The notes under the pieces: model-generated
Database searches by the model: none
Seen by the model: only the letters and a program-made list of their open reading frames with translations
What the model was told of the DNA's origin: nothing
Part shown: piece after piece, positions 1-14,087 of the stretch
Position numbering within the stretch: the first letter of the stretch is position 1
How the letters are laid out: every line of letters starts with the position of its first letter
From: Octopus sinensis
Taxonomy: Eukaryota
NCBI RefSeq assembly: GCF_006345805.1
Contig: NC_042998.1
Coordinates: forward strand, 166,780,001 to 166,844,000
DNA length: 64,000 nucleotides
Reading direction: 5' to 3'
Position numbers and translations under genes: made by a program

Positions 1-499
1 ATATGATACATACACACATACCTCATCCATTCAACAGACAGACAGACGGACGAACAGACTGATAGACAGACAGACATAGTTGCTTGTTTCAATCATTGGA
101 CTGCGACCACACTGGAATCCCGCATTGAACGGTTTTTAGTCGAACGAATTGAACCTAGTTCTTTTATTTTGAAGCCTTGTACTTATTCTCTCTATTTTGA
201 AGCCTTGTACTTATTCTCTCGCTCTCGGGAACGTTAACAAATCAGCATCTGCGCGTTAACAAATGCATCTGCGCGCATACACACACAGACTGATAGATAG
301 ACACACACACACACACTTTCCCTTTACGAAATCCACTCACAAGGCTTTGATCGGTCCGGAACTATAACAGAGAGCACCTCTGCCAAACGTGTCACGCAGT
401 GGGACGGGAAAGTGGCTGGAAAGCAAGTTTCTTATCACACAGACACGCCAGCAATAATTATATGGATCTGTATGTATGTATATATATATATGTTCTACT

Positions 500-788
500 T
501 TCTTTTTTCTTTTACTTGTTTCAGTCATTTGACTGCGGCCATGCTGGAGCACCGCCTTTAGTCGAGCAAATCGACCCCGGGACTTATTCTTTGTAAGCCC
601 AGTACTTATTCTATCGGTCTCTTTTGCCGAACCGCTAGGTGACGGGGACGTAAAGACACCAGCATCGGTTGTCAAGCAATGCTAGGGGACAAACACAGAC
701 ACACAAACAAATGCACACACATACACACACACACACACACACACATACATACATACATACCATACATACATACACATATATATATATA

Positions 789-850
<62 letters not shown>

Positions 851-975
851 ATATATATACATATATACGAAGGACTTCTTTCAGTGTCGGGGTCCCGTCC
901 CATTGCGTGGCACCTGGGCAAGTGTATTCTACTATAGCCTCGGGCCAACCAAAGCCTGTGAGTGGATTTGGTAGA
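500..975 (-). mobile_element. tRNA-derived SINE family A copy with its head segment (888-975) inverted
   Basis: Tail half (ttttacttgtttcagtcatttgactgcggccatgctggagcaccgcc...) and acgaaggacttctttcagt are on minus. The head segment gtcccattgcgtggcacctgggcaag...ggtaga is on plus. Confidence 0.8.
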
Positions 976-1030
976 TTCATATATATAATTATATATATAT
1001 AGATATAGAGATATATATATATATACATAT

Positions 1031-1064
<34 letters not shown>

Positions 1065-1098
1065 AATATTATATATATATATGTATGTAGTTATATAT

Positions 1099-1140
<42 letters not shown>

Positions 1141-1174
1141 ATATATATAGATATATAGTGTACGTGTGTGTGCA

Positions 1175-1391
1175 TATGTTTGTGTGTCCGTGTTTGACCC
1201 CCCAACATCGCTTGACAACCGATGCTAGTGTGTTCATGTCTCCATAGCCTAGCGGTTCGGCAAAAAGACACTGATGGAATAAGTACTAGGCTTACAAAGA
1301 ATAAGTCTTGGGTTCGATTTGCTCGACTAAAGATGGTGCTCCAGCATGGCTACAGTCAATTGACTGAACAAGTAAAAGAGAGTAAAAGAGT
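1175..1391 (+). mobile_element. SINE family A, 3' half
   Basis: Matches the family A tail and ends in gtaaaagagagtaaaagag. Confidence 0.85.
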
Positions 1392-1984
1392 GTATATGTG
1401 TGTGTGTGCGCGCGCGCGTGAATGGGTGTGTGTGTATCTTTAGTTAGATATTGATATAGATAGATACACATATATACATATATATGTATATATATGTATA
1501 TATATATATATATATATATCTTATAATATATATATATATAATATATATATATATATATACATATAAATGCACACATATATACAAATATGCATAATACATA
1601 TATATGTAGTATGTATTCATGTGCACTCACACACACACACATGGAATGAGGAATAAATAAATAAATATATAAATAAATTCAATAAATAAATAAATGAATA
1701 AATAAATAAATAAATAAATAAGAAAGAACTGAGCGATAGACACACAGAAATGACCGAATGGCAAGAGATATGTTAGGAAAGAACACCTGCAAAGAGCTGC
1801 GTGCTCGAGAAGCATGAACCGTGAGAGCCACTACACGGTCCCCAAGGTTACTGATGACTCATAAGTTTACAAACGCATGAAGACGCAAACATTGACACAC
1901 CTATCTCAGAGTATGTGTGTGCGTGTCTGAGAGAGAGAGAGAAAGAGACTCAGTGTGTGTGTGTGTGTATACGTGTTGGGAGTG

Positions 1985-2022
<38 letters not shown>

Positions 2023-2023
2023 T

Positions 2024-2057
<34 letters not shown>

Positions 2058-2159
2058 AATATTATATATATATATATATATAGATATATATATGTATGTA
2101 TGTATGTATGTGTGTGTGTGTGGTGTGTCTGTGAGTGTGTGTATGTGGGGTTTGTGTAG

Positions 2160-2573
2160 GGTCGGCGAACTGGCAGAAACGTTAGCACGCCGGGCGAAAT
2201 GCTGAGTGGTATTTCGTCTGCCGTTACGTTCTGAGTTCAAATTCCGCCGAGGTCGACTTTGCCTTTCATCCTGTCGGGGTCGATTAAATGAGTACCAGTT
2301 ACGCACTGCGGTCGATGTAATCGACTTAATCCGATTGCCTGTCCTTGTTTTTCCTCTCTGTGTGTAGCCCCTTGTGGGTAGTAAAGAAATAGGTATTTCT
2401 TCTGCCGCTACGTTCTGAGTTCAAATTCCGCTGAGGTCGACTTTGCCTTTCATACTTTCACGGTCGATTAAATTAGTACCAGTTTCGCACTGGAGTCGAT
2501 ATAATCGACTTAATCTCTTTGTCTGTCCTTGTTAGTCCCCTATATGTGTAGTCCACTGCGGGGAATAAAGAAA
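2160..2573 (+). mobile_element. tRNA-derived SINE family B, head plus two tandem ~176-bp units
   Basis: A-box-like tggcagaaacgttag and B-box-like gagttcaaattcc. The unit gtatttc...gtcgactttgcctttcatcc...aaagaaa occurs twice. Confidence 0.9.
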
Positions 2574-3204
2574 TTTATATACATACATACACACCCACAC
2601 GTACGCACACACACACACACACAACCACACACACACACACACACAGCACACACACACACAACACACAACACACACACCACACACACACACACCACCACAC
2701 GTCGAATTATTTAAACAACTAGTCGTACTGATGCAGACCAACACCGGTCTGTTCAGGGACTGATTGTACACACATACATGTATATGTGTGAAGGTGTGTG
2801 TGTGTGTATATATATAATATATATCGTCTTCTAGAGTTATACTATCTTGTCCATGTTGTATTTTCTACATACCTTAATATATATAATATATATATAATAT
2901 ATATGGATCTATAATATATATTCTATATATATATATATATATACTATATATATATATAATATATATAATATATACATATAAAGACATACATACATACATA
3001 CATACATACATTACATACATACATACATATTAGTGCCCATTTTCTCCCTGTTCGGGATCTATATACCCTAATATTAGACTATTTTCTGTAGTCAATATAC
3101 TGTGGAGTCATTTTTATATTTACAAAATGTTCACTCTTCACTGCTTCTTAATTTACGCAAAATACGCACGTTTATTATACACTTGCAGCTACGAAATCAT
3201 AGTT

Positions 3205-3259
<55 letters not shown>

Positions 3260-3850
3260 CTTTCTCTCACACAAACACACACACACTTTGTCTACCTCTC
3301 CTCTTTCTCTCTCTCTCTCACTGCATATATATATATATATATAATATATATATATAGGGGTTTGTATGATTGTGTATAGAGATATATATTATTCAAAGGA
3401 ATTCCAACTCTGTTTTTTTATGTTTTATTTATATTCTTTATAATATTAATGTAGAATATAGAATACATAGTATGAATTGAATAGAAGAAATATTGAATAT
3501 CAAATATTAAGGGACTAGTATACTTTATTGTATTTAAGCAGTCTTCAAGGTCCCAGGTTGTGACAGGAATATTTCAACTGTCTATATATATATTAGGATC
3601 TGAAGAAAGACTGTAAAGCTAAACGGTTTATGGACGTGAAACCCAGAGTAACCCCTTAGACAGGCCATATCTGTTTTAATTTATATACTCTACCGTTAAA
3701 AGCATATGCTAATAAACTTTATATATAACACACGATACATAAGGTACCATATCCATAATTTTTATCATCTGAAGACGTTTATGAACACATAACGAGTATA
3801 AAATACATTTTATCTTTCCAAAATGCTTACTACTATCCATCTATTTATTC

Positions 3851-3891
<41 letters not shown>

Positions 3892-4495
3892 ATATGTCTA
3901 TCTTACACCACACAAACATGACTATAATACATTCACACACAGACACACAATTTATACACAGCATGCCTATAAAAAAAACTTACATATTCATTACATCAAT
4001 CTATAAAACTTAATACATAACTCATACTATTCAACATTAAAACTCTAGGCCCACTTTAAAACCACCCTCTACGGTATCAAGGCCATGTGCTTTTCAAAAC
4101 CGCATGTATTATTTTTCCCGCTTAATTTTCAAATACAAACCATGCGCTTTATATACCATCCCTTATCACCACAGCGACCACCACCACCACCACTACTACT
4201 ACTATTACTGTGCTGGACTAGTTCAACCACTGCATGCTTAGACTGCCGCTACTACTGTCACTATTCATTTCCTCCCTTCTTCCTTCCTCGTCTTGTGTTT
4301 TTTACTACTGCTACTACTATGCTGATATTTTTTCTCAAGGTTGGCGGGAAAAGGAAAGGATATAGTTTCTAATGAGGTCACTGGTTATGACATATGAAGG
4401 AATGTGACGAGTATTTCCTAAAGTTAGATCATTGGATAGTTCCGATACAGGATATAGAGACATGTGACTTACAATAAATATGGTTCCTCATTATA

Positions 4496-4535
<40 letters not shown>

Positions 4536-4696
4536 GGTTTAGTCATCTACCACTTTTCGTGTGTGTGTTGACTTAACTATAGAAATACATCTATTTACTT
4601 ACTTAACAATATAAATATCTATGTAACTATCAAACTATTCATATAAATCTTTCTAGTTTCCTAAGCATTTTTCACCTCAACCTCTCTCTCTTTCTC

Positions 4697-4735
<39 letters not shown>

Positions 4736-4814
4736 CTATTTATCTATCTACCTATCTCCCTTTCTTTTCTGTATCACTGTCTATGTGAGTGTGTGTGCGT
4801 GTTCTCTTTCTCTT

Positions 4815-5187
4815 TCCTCTTTTACTTGTTTCAGTCATTTGACTGCGGCCATGCTGGAGCACCGCCTTTAGTCGGGCAAATCGACCCCAGGACTTATTCT
4901 TTGTAAGCCTAGTACTTGTTCTATCGGTCCCTTTTGCCGAACCGCTAAGTTACGGGGACGTAGACACACCAGCATCGGTTGTCAAGAGATGTTGGGGGTA
5001 CGAAAACAGACACAAACACACACACATATATATACATATACATATGTTAACCAAATCCACTAACAAGGCTTTGGTCGGCCCGATGCTATAGTAGAAGACA
5101 CTAGCCCAAGGTGCCACGCAGTGGGACTCAACCCGGAACCATGTGGTTGGTAAGCAAGCTACTTACCACACGGCCACTCCTGCGCCT
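4815..5187 (-). mobile_element. SINE family A, near full length
   Basis: tRNA-like head, CORE-like ccttgggc.agtgtcttctac block, internal (CA/TA)n and tail. Similar to 18715-19132 and 54569-54971. Confidence 0.9.
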
Positions 5188-5214
5188 GGATATATATATA
5201 GATATATATATATA

Positions 5215-5267
<53 letters not shown>

Positions 5268-5495
5268 ATACGTGTGCGTATATTTGTGTGTGGTGGTGTG
5301 TATATATATATATATATGTGGTGTGTGTGTGGTGTGTGTGTATGGAGAAGCCTGTATATATATTTGTCCACATATAGGCTCAGCATGGCTGTGTGGTTAA
5401 GGGGCTTGCTTTGTAACCACATGGATTCGAAACCGCAATCCTACGACCGCTGGGCCATTGCGCCTCCATATATATATTAATTATTATTATTACTC

Positions 5496-5552
<57 letters not shown>

Positions 5553-6259
5553 TTTAAAAAAACTTTGGAAGCGCTGAATGCCATTGGTATTTTGCAGACA
5601 AGAAAGTAAATTTCGAGCATAGTAAAGCTGTAAGATCAGCAGAGTCAGACTGGATATTTACCCCTATAAGGCGGTAAAAGAAGTTACTAGCAGGCGGCTA
5701 CAGGTGTCAAAACCGTACCGATTGAGCGCTTTAAGAATTAATCTAAACGGTCCCTGCCAACAATTACTGTTCATTTTAATGCTAAATCATAGCTTTTCAA
5801 ATCCGACATTTTATAAGCAAATTTTGGAAGCGAAATAGTTTCTTAGATGAGATAAATGAAAGTTGAATTGTGTGTCTGTCTCTATGACATACCCAAATAT
5901 CTGCAGCACATTTAAACTTAGAAATTATGAGTTGGTTGTCTTACTACTTTAGTCTGCTGGCCATTTCGCCTCACTTTACGCATTCATTTCTAAATGATAA
6001 ATGCACGCTTCTGTATGTTTTAACGGCGTCAAAAGTAGCACATATATTTTCATACATTTTCATATATTTTCATAAATTTTCATACATTATGAGTGCTAAC
6101 TGACGAAACTGGCAGCTAATTTATGAAGCGAAATTTTCTAATTCCGCTTTTCTTTTTCTTTGTGTGATAATTATTTGTTCCTTACAAGTTCCATGCTTAT
6201 TCATGTTGTTTATTATGCCTTCTCCTACCACTCTCAATGACAACAACAGCAACAAGTAG

Positions 6260-6830
6260 AGGCGCAATGGTTAGGACAACGGACTCGTGATCGTAAGAAC
6301 GCGGTTTCGATTCCCAGACCGGGCTTTGTGAGTGTTTATTTAGCAAAAACACCTAAGCTTCACGAGGCTCCGGCGGGGGGGGGTGTGAACCCCGCTGTAC
6401 TCTTTCACCACAACTTTCTCTCACGCTTTCTTCCTACTTCTGCCACAAAGCAGGGGAACCATGGTGTAACCCACTAGGGTGTGGTAAACTTTCAGACCCT
6501 AGTCTAGATTGCGAATCCTCTGTACCCCAGGATGGTTCAGCTCTCCACCCGTTAAAAAAATCCCCCGTATACGGAATGAGGATAACAACGTAGCTTTCGC
6601 GCTCGTGCAACCGCCAGTCTATCGTGTGTGGTGGATGGATCTTCAAGTTGCTACAGGCATTCTTAGTAGCTTAGAGTAGGCTCGAATTAGAGATTATTCT
6701 TTGCGGCTAAGGGCGTGAGTCTTGATTGAAAGAAGAGAAGAAGAAGAAGAAGAAGAAGAAGAAGAAGAAGAAGAAGAAGAAGAAGAAGAAGAAGAAGAAG
6801 AAGAAGAAGAAGAAGAAGAAAAAGAAGAAG
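6260..6830 (+). mobile_element. SINE family C head (6260-6437) joined to a different body and a (GAA)n tail
   Basis: From ~6310 the head matches the reverse complement of ~48045-48168. It then diverges into an unrelated ~290-bp body followed by (GAA)n at 6730-6830. Confidence 0.65.
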
Positions 6831-7799
6831 ACACTGCAACAACGACTACACACGGTCACAACAATCAACAAGAATCCAGTCTAAGCCGCCAACACCAGTA
6901 ATATATTTATTAACGGAACTATCAATATCACGAGACAACGAGAATAGTCTACGTGGGGGTAAAAGTCGGAGTGTCATGGCTGGTCAGATTTCATTGCTGG
7001 TCATCTCAACCAGGGCTGCTCATTATGCTAAACTGCAATTAACGATACTAATCTCCAATAGTGACAACAACAACAACGCCATGTAGATAATATAGTAAGT
7101 TGTAAACATTTGATCAACTGAGGTTATCGAATGATTTTGTAAAAGAAAAGTCCTTCTAGTGGGGTAAAACACAATCGAAATTCTTGGACTATATAGATAG
7201 TACAGACAAGATCAGATCTTTAAAGTCAACAAGTGAAAACAATGAACATGTTTCAATGTTATTACAGCTTTTCAGCTAAACATATACTGCTCGGTACTTA
7301 GTTTCGTCAGTGTATTATTCATCTAAAAAATATAATGGTTTTATTGTCTTAACAGTGACAGCCTTCTTTCTATCACTTCCACCACCATGTGAATTACAGT
7401 TCCCAAATAGACTTGATAATGTTATATCCCCTTCTTACGTGAAAATAAAACACGTTGGTAAGAGGTTTTGACGACTCACAATACATTAGTGACATTTACC
7501 TTATTGATGCACAGAAATTTAAAGTCGGTTTGTCTGGGATGGGAACCCAGAATGTACAGGGGATTAGTTCACTTTAATGTTTTATCGTTTCTGTCAGCCT
7601 ATCACATACATTGATGTAACTTTGAACTGGTTTGTAAACATAAGTTCACGGATTTATAACTAGAATAAATGAGAGTTTGTGATTTCATTCAGCAATTGAT
7701 ATTGATATCATTGTATTAAACATTTAATATTTATTTTCATTTTAAACATTTGATAATTATTTTGTATATTGTATGAAAGAAACAGAGGTGTAAATGGAG

Positions 7800-7990
7800 A
7801 TGGTTTAGGGCTGACTTGAAGGAAACCAACATCTTGCATTATACTTCAAGCCCTGTCCTAAGGCCCACAAGGGAAACAGAAGAGAGAGCACCTTAAAAAT
7901 AACTGGAGGCGGATTTCTGAAGCAGAGTTGAAAAAAGCAGGGATCCAACTGAAGGAAAGATGACCAGTGCTCTATAGAGGTGAAGAGCAA
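7800..7990 (+). mobile_element. Old RTE-clade LINE 3' remnant
   Basis: Translates as LRKPTSCIILQALS*GPQGKQKREHLKNNWRRISEAELKKAG, resembling the RTE C-terminal ALxWxPQGKRxRGRPKNTWRR motif. Confidence 0.6.
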
Positions 7991-9479
7991 AAGTAGTACA
8001 GAAAAGAATATAGGAACTTGAATTATAATGGTGGTATATTGATTCCTGTATGGGTCAAACGTCGATATAACTCAGAAGGAGCTTATACTTACATTATAGA
8101 TGCGCTAATCTAAACATTTTGAGATAATTAGTAAGCTTTCTAGTTTTGTCTGCCAGTAAACTACTCTTCGCCTTTTATTCCAGGACTGAAAGACGAATTG
8201 CAGGCGCAAAATACCAAATCCATCAAATGACATCGTATTGAGATCATAACTATTTCTTTGAAGCTGTTAAGAAGAGAATAAAGGTAACTCAATTTCATTG
8301 CCCTCACTCAATAAATATGAGGTTTGTACTATTATAAGAAATTAGCGTTTGTACAACAGAGGCAATGAAGGATTGGCAATTAAATATTGCTCTCTTTGAA
8401 TTTGCCTTCCATGAAAATTGGGTTAATAAATGTTTTTTTTAAATTGTAATATTTTACAGATATATATCTTACTTCATCTGAAATATATTAAGATTCTGTT
8501 AGTTCTCTGAAATATTAATCTTATACTTTCTCCTCACACATTAACATTTATATCAGTGGTAGAGATTGTTATACAACTAGAGTTTCAGTCAGTGGTTTCC
8601 ACGACTAAGTATCAATAACTGTTTTTTTTTTTTATCATTTTACTTCAGGTAGTTACGCATTTAATTCAGGTTATGTCATGCTGATGACTTCTAAAAAGAA
8701 TGAAATAGAGCTAGAAATTTTAAGAACTTCGTAATATGCATCTTCTCAGTTTACAAATTAAAACTTCTAGTCTCACCAAATATTATGAAGGAATCATTAT
8801 TTCCCTTGTACTAATTGTCCACTTAGGGACTCCAGGTGTTTACCTCTAACGGATTTTTTCTTTTTTTTTTCGATAAAACCTTCATTATGGTTTACCATAT
8901 TTTTTACCCAGAATATAGAAATTCGGCGCGAAACAGAGACGCATTTCAAAGATATATTGTAACTATCAAAGCAAAGCTTTTTGAAAATTAGTATTTTCCC
9001 TCATAGTAGCGATATGCTACAGAGCTTACAAGCTATTATTTATCATGAAATCTGTTCTCAAACACGGCGTCTTTTTCCATACTGAATGCGAATGTTTACC
9101 ACTGGGAAACGAACGTGTTGCTATGTAATAAACGAAAAACAACAAATAAATAGACAAATAAGCAATTATGTATTCTTCTCGGGTTATTGTCATTTAATGT
9201 AGCAAAGTATATTTGTTGAAGCCAATTTTGTTGTGTAAATCTAGAATGTCGAAAATAATGGTTGACAAGTGTCAAAACTATTGTCTAAAAATAGTTTAAG
9301 AGAAAAAAACACTTAAGGTGTACCAATCAATAGGAGTAATAATAGAACTTGGGTTTAAGAGAGTAAATTAACAGGTGAAATTCATTGTTATTCAGAGAGG
9401 ATCGATGTCAGGAGTGTCTGGCGGGATACAAGAAGCTGATTCCAAACCTGTATCTAATGTCAATACCTACAAAGTCACA

Positions 9480-9522
<43 letters not shown>

Positions 9523-9804
9523 TATATACATACATACATACACACAAACACGCTCACGCCCACCCACAAACACACACACACACACACACACATACACACA
9601 CACACAAACACACACACACACACACAAACACACACATATATGCAGAGATAGGTAGGAGGGATAGAGAATTAGAAAACTAAATTAGACACATTTCTACTTA
9701 CTCTCATAAACACCACACACACACACACATATATATATAATATATATATATATAGATATATATATACACACATATATATATATATATATGTATATATGAA
9801 TATG

Positions 9805-9873
<69 letters not shown>

Positions 9874-10585
9874 TACATACATACATACGTACATACATAC
9901 CTATATACATGCATACATACGCATTAATTTACATTAATTTACATAATGCACATGTAGATTTAGGTACATATATATATTTATGTATGATACCACACACACA
10001 GACACGCACGCACATACACATACATATATGCAACGAAACATCCATAAACTAGAATCCTTAAAACAAGTATTATCCCATAGAGAATTAGAATTTCTGTGAA
10101 GGCCAATCTCGCGACAACAATGTTTAGAATAATATCAACAGCAAAACACCATAAACCAAGAAATACATATAATCTAATAATACATTTTTTTAATAAAAGA
10201 ATCACAGGAAGAGCCCATAATTTGTCCGAGGTGGAATTATTCATGCATCACAAGTATGGAAGTTATTAGTGAAGCTGTTTTCGCGTGAAAAGTGAATGCA
10301 CAAACATCTTTGTTTTATATCTTATTAGATGTGACGTTATCGTCGTTGTGGTGGTAATATAAAATGTCGTTTAAGATAGGTGAGTAAAAGGAAAATGACA
10401 ATGTTAAATTTTTGTAATGCAAATATGTGAATGAAAATATAGTTTAGTTGGTAGCCAAAAGCCTACTGAATCTTTTGATATCGCATACGTCAAAATCGGC
10501 AACTCGTTTTGTAATGCATAAGGAACATACTCGCACGCACATACACAAGCACACATAGATACAAACTCTTTTATATATATATTAT

Positions 10586-10629
<44 letters not shown>

Positions 10630-10632
10630 TAT

Positions 10633-10664
<32 letters not shown>

Positions 10665-10770
10665 AGATATACACATACATACATAAGCTTTATAGAAAAC
10701 AAGTATACTAATAAATACATGCATATATACATACATACATTATATACACACACACACACACATATATATA

Positions 10771-11355
10771 TTCACTTTCACTTTGACCGACCAGTCCGTC
10801 AGGCGCCCATTTGACACCGCTGGTCACAGCACGCTGTCCACTCCTCTCTGGATCGCGCCTTTCTCATCCACGTGATCCCAACCGTCCTCTTGAAATCGTC
10901 ACTCCACCGTCGTGGAGGTCTTCCGGGTGGTCTTTTCCGCTCACGCGGGTACCACTCTACAACTGCGTGCGTCCATCGATTATCGGTGAGCCGGGCGACG
11001 TGTCCAGCCCATCTATACTTGCTGCGAGTATACTCTGCGATGACATCTCTCACGCCGGACTTCTTTCTGATGATGTTGCTATTTATGTGCTCTCTCAACG
11101 AGATACCAAGCATTGACCTTTCCAAAGGAGATCTCACGGAGAGTAAGGGCCGGATGGAAGGCGTTCAATGGCATAAGGGATGTGCTCAAGGGAAGGTTGG
11201 ACAGGACCACCCGCGCCAACCTCATTAACAGTGCAGTTCTGCCTGCAATGTTATATGGTAGTGAAACATGGGCTACCACAAAGAGAGAAGAGCAAAGACT
11301 GATAACGGCTCAAAGAGCCATGGAAAGGTCAATGCTTGGTATCTCGTTGAGAGAG

Positions 11356-11359
<4 letters not shown>
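10771..11359 (-). mobile_element. Young 5'-truncated RTE-clade LINE with an inverted 5' segment
   Basis: Minus part encodes RWAGHVARLTDNRWT...WYPRERKRPPGRPPRRW and ends in an (AAGTGA)n tail. Plus part 11124-11359 encodes EISRRVRAGWKAF...VLPAMLYGSETW, the upstream portion of the same ORF. Neither piece has internal stops. Confidence 0.93.
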
Positions 11360-11432
<73 letters not shown>

Positions 11433-11458
11433 CATACATACATACATACATGCATACA

Positions 11459-11492
<34 letters not shown>

Positions 11493-12234
11493 CATACATA
11501 TATGTATGTATGTATATGTGTATGTATGTGTGTGTGCGAATATTTATGTATACATACACAGATACACACACATATAATACAGAGAGAGAGAGAGAAAGAA
11601 AGAAATAAAGAAAGAAAGAAAGAAAGAAAGAGAGAAAGAAAGAAAGAAAGAAAGAGGAAGAGAGATTACTAAAAATGGAGATAACGTAATTGGTATTTTA
11701 ACACTTATAAAATATACGCGTTTCAGTAAACCAAGTGACAAGATAACACAATCGTTTGCCAAATTTCGTAATCCTGTCGAGATATTTCTTTAGTGCTTTC
11801 ACCAAAAAATACGAAGTAGAATGTTAAGTTTGTTCAACATATATTGCTGTTATCAAAATTACCTGCAATATAAATGGTGTTGCAGAACAAAGGCTAACAG
11901 ATTGCTAAATAGTAGGGCGGTGAAAAGGAAAATACAAACGGTGTGTGCGAGAAAGCCGGCGGAGACCACGTCCTCTCTTACGTATTTTGCAGGAACATAT
12001 ACACAGATACATAAACACTCACAACTGTTCATCACCATATAGCCCTGTTGGAGGATTTCGGGACGATCTCCGTATAAAACGAGATTTGTAAATGATTTGA
12101 CCAGATCGTCCATGATTGTCGAATCTGGGATAATCGGCGTGACTCTGGAGGCTGTATGCTGTCCCCAGTGGGGCACGGGCTTTGGCCAGATTGATTTTAT
12201 ATCCCATATATATGCGTGTGTGTGTGTGTGCATG

Positions 12235-12292
<58 letters not shown>

Positions 12293-12838
12293 ATATATGT
12301 ATGTGTGTGTATACACACGCATACACTCACACTAGTGAGTTAATAAATGAAAGTAGCAGTAAACACAAATATATATTCGTATGCATGTGTGTAGACACAC
12401 ACACACAATCACATACACACACATACATACACATGCACACACACACACAAATATACATCCACGTGCATATGCGTCAGAGTATATCTACCATATACAAGAA
12501 TTGTAGTTATACACGCTGACGCTTACTTTGCGGAAGGGCTCGGCCTTAACGCATGTCAATACAACATGGGTGGCCTGACAAGTATCCCGCTTTTGTAGGC
12601 ATATACTTAGCAATTGACTTTCTATTTTTACTCAGCCCCAGAATACACATAGGAGGTAAAGTGTAATAAGAAACAAATTGTACACATTTATGCAAATCAG
12701 TTACACACACAACACGCACACAGACACGTGCGCACTCACACACACAAACATATATGCACATGCTTTACACATAAATGTAGCCACTACCACACAATATATA
12801 TATACCTACGTGGAATAAAACTTTGTTTTATATATATA

Positions 12839-13229
12839 CTAGCAGTATCGCCCGGCGTTGCTCGGGTTTGTAAGGGAAATAACTATATAAGCATTTTTAG
12901 AGAGTTATAGCCAAAAAATAGCAAAAAAATGCATTAAAAATTGAAAAAAATTAAGGTAAATTTTTTTTAAATCGTTGACACATCGTAGATATTTTTAGAG
13001 AGTTACTTCCCTTATATAAAAGCGAAAAAAATGCATTAAAATGGAAAAATATGATGGTAAATTTTTTTTAAATCGTAGACTCATCGTAGACGCGCGCTAA
13101 TACCCAGAGGGCTCGATATGAATCACGACTATAAGATACCCGCTTTTGGTAAACTGCACCGCAAAATGTGGGAGTATTTACGAATCTAAATCGTAGGAGA
13201 CAGACAACAACTTCACTCTTATATAAAGA
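12839..13229 (-). mobile_element. Non-autonomous Helitron
   Basis: On minus: A|TCTTTATAT start, subterminal hairpin CCCGAGCAACGCCGGG, CTAG|T end. Contains an internal ~100-bp tandem duplication. Confidence 0.85.
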
Positions 13230-14087
13230 TGCTTTTTTTTCAGTCATAGAGTTAGATTTATGAAGGTCTTCAGCAGAAATCCTTCGAATTCTGACTCGCT
13301 GCTTGATATAATGAAATTCGTATCCATTTTTTGTCAGAATTAAAATTTTGAAACCACAATAGGAACAAATTTCGGAAAAAAATCTCCCATAATTCACGGA
13401 ATTAAAATTACACTTCGATTTTTGTACAAACTGTATTTGAAGTGTTTACGAAGTATAATACGTGTTTTCACGAATGTACTAAAGAGATTTACTCTGATAT
13501 TCTCATTTAAATATGAATAGGTAAATTCGGGCGGTTTGGTAACAAGGGTTAAACGGATGCATACATTTATTAATAACTATATATAAGTGTCGTCTGTTTA
13601 TACATAAACACTGTTTCATACTTTCAGTTTAGTCTTCCTCAAATCACTCTGTCGCTATTTACTCTCTTCCAAGAACATTTTCACTCACTCTTATCTCTTA
13701 GCTTGCCATACATTTTACTCATGTATCTATCAGCGTGATAGACAGAAACAAATATTACATCGCCATCGCCATCGCATTCTATTGTCTACCTGTCAACACA
13801 CACACAGTGAATTAGTTTCATTTTATTCGTTGCACACTGTGTGTGTGCGTTTGCTTGTGCTGTAAACCAGACTAAGAAAAGCATTTGACATACACACCAG
13901 AATGTGAGTTTTCTGTAAATTTTGCTTAATTGGAGTTTAAATTTTAAAAACTGGACCTGGCATGACCCGATGCATTCTACTCTTAAAAATGCTAGGTAAA
14001 TTGTAATTGAAGAAATCCTATATTGTAGATTTCTATAAGTGACAAAGGGAGGCAGATAAAATCTGCCTTTTATAATAAGAGATATAT

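Noticed and set aside
8183-8283. Apparent exon with a good acceptor (cttttattccag) and donor (AAG|gtaact)
   Set aside because: Stop codons occur in all three frames; at most a non-coding exon, with no other support.
13236-13552. Possible piggyBac-type end (aagggTTAA)
   Set aside because: No matching opposite TIR was found in the window.
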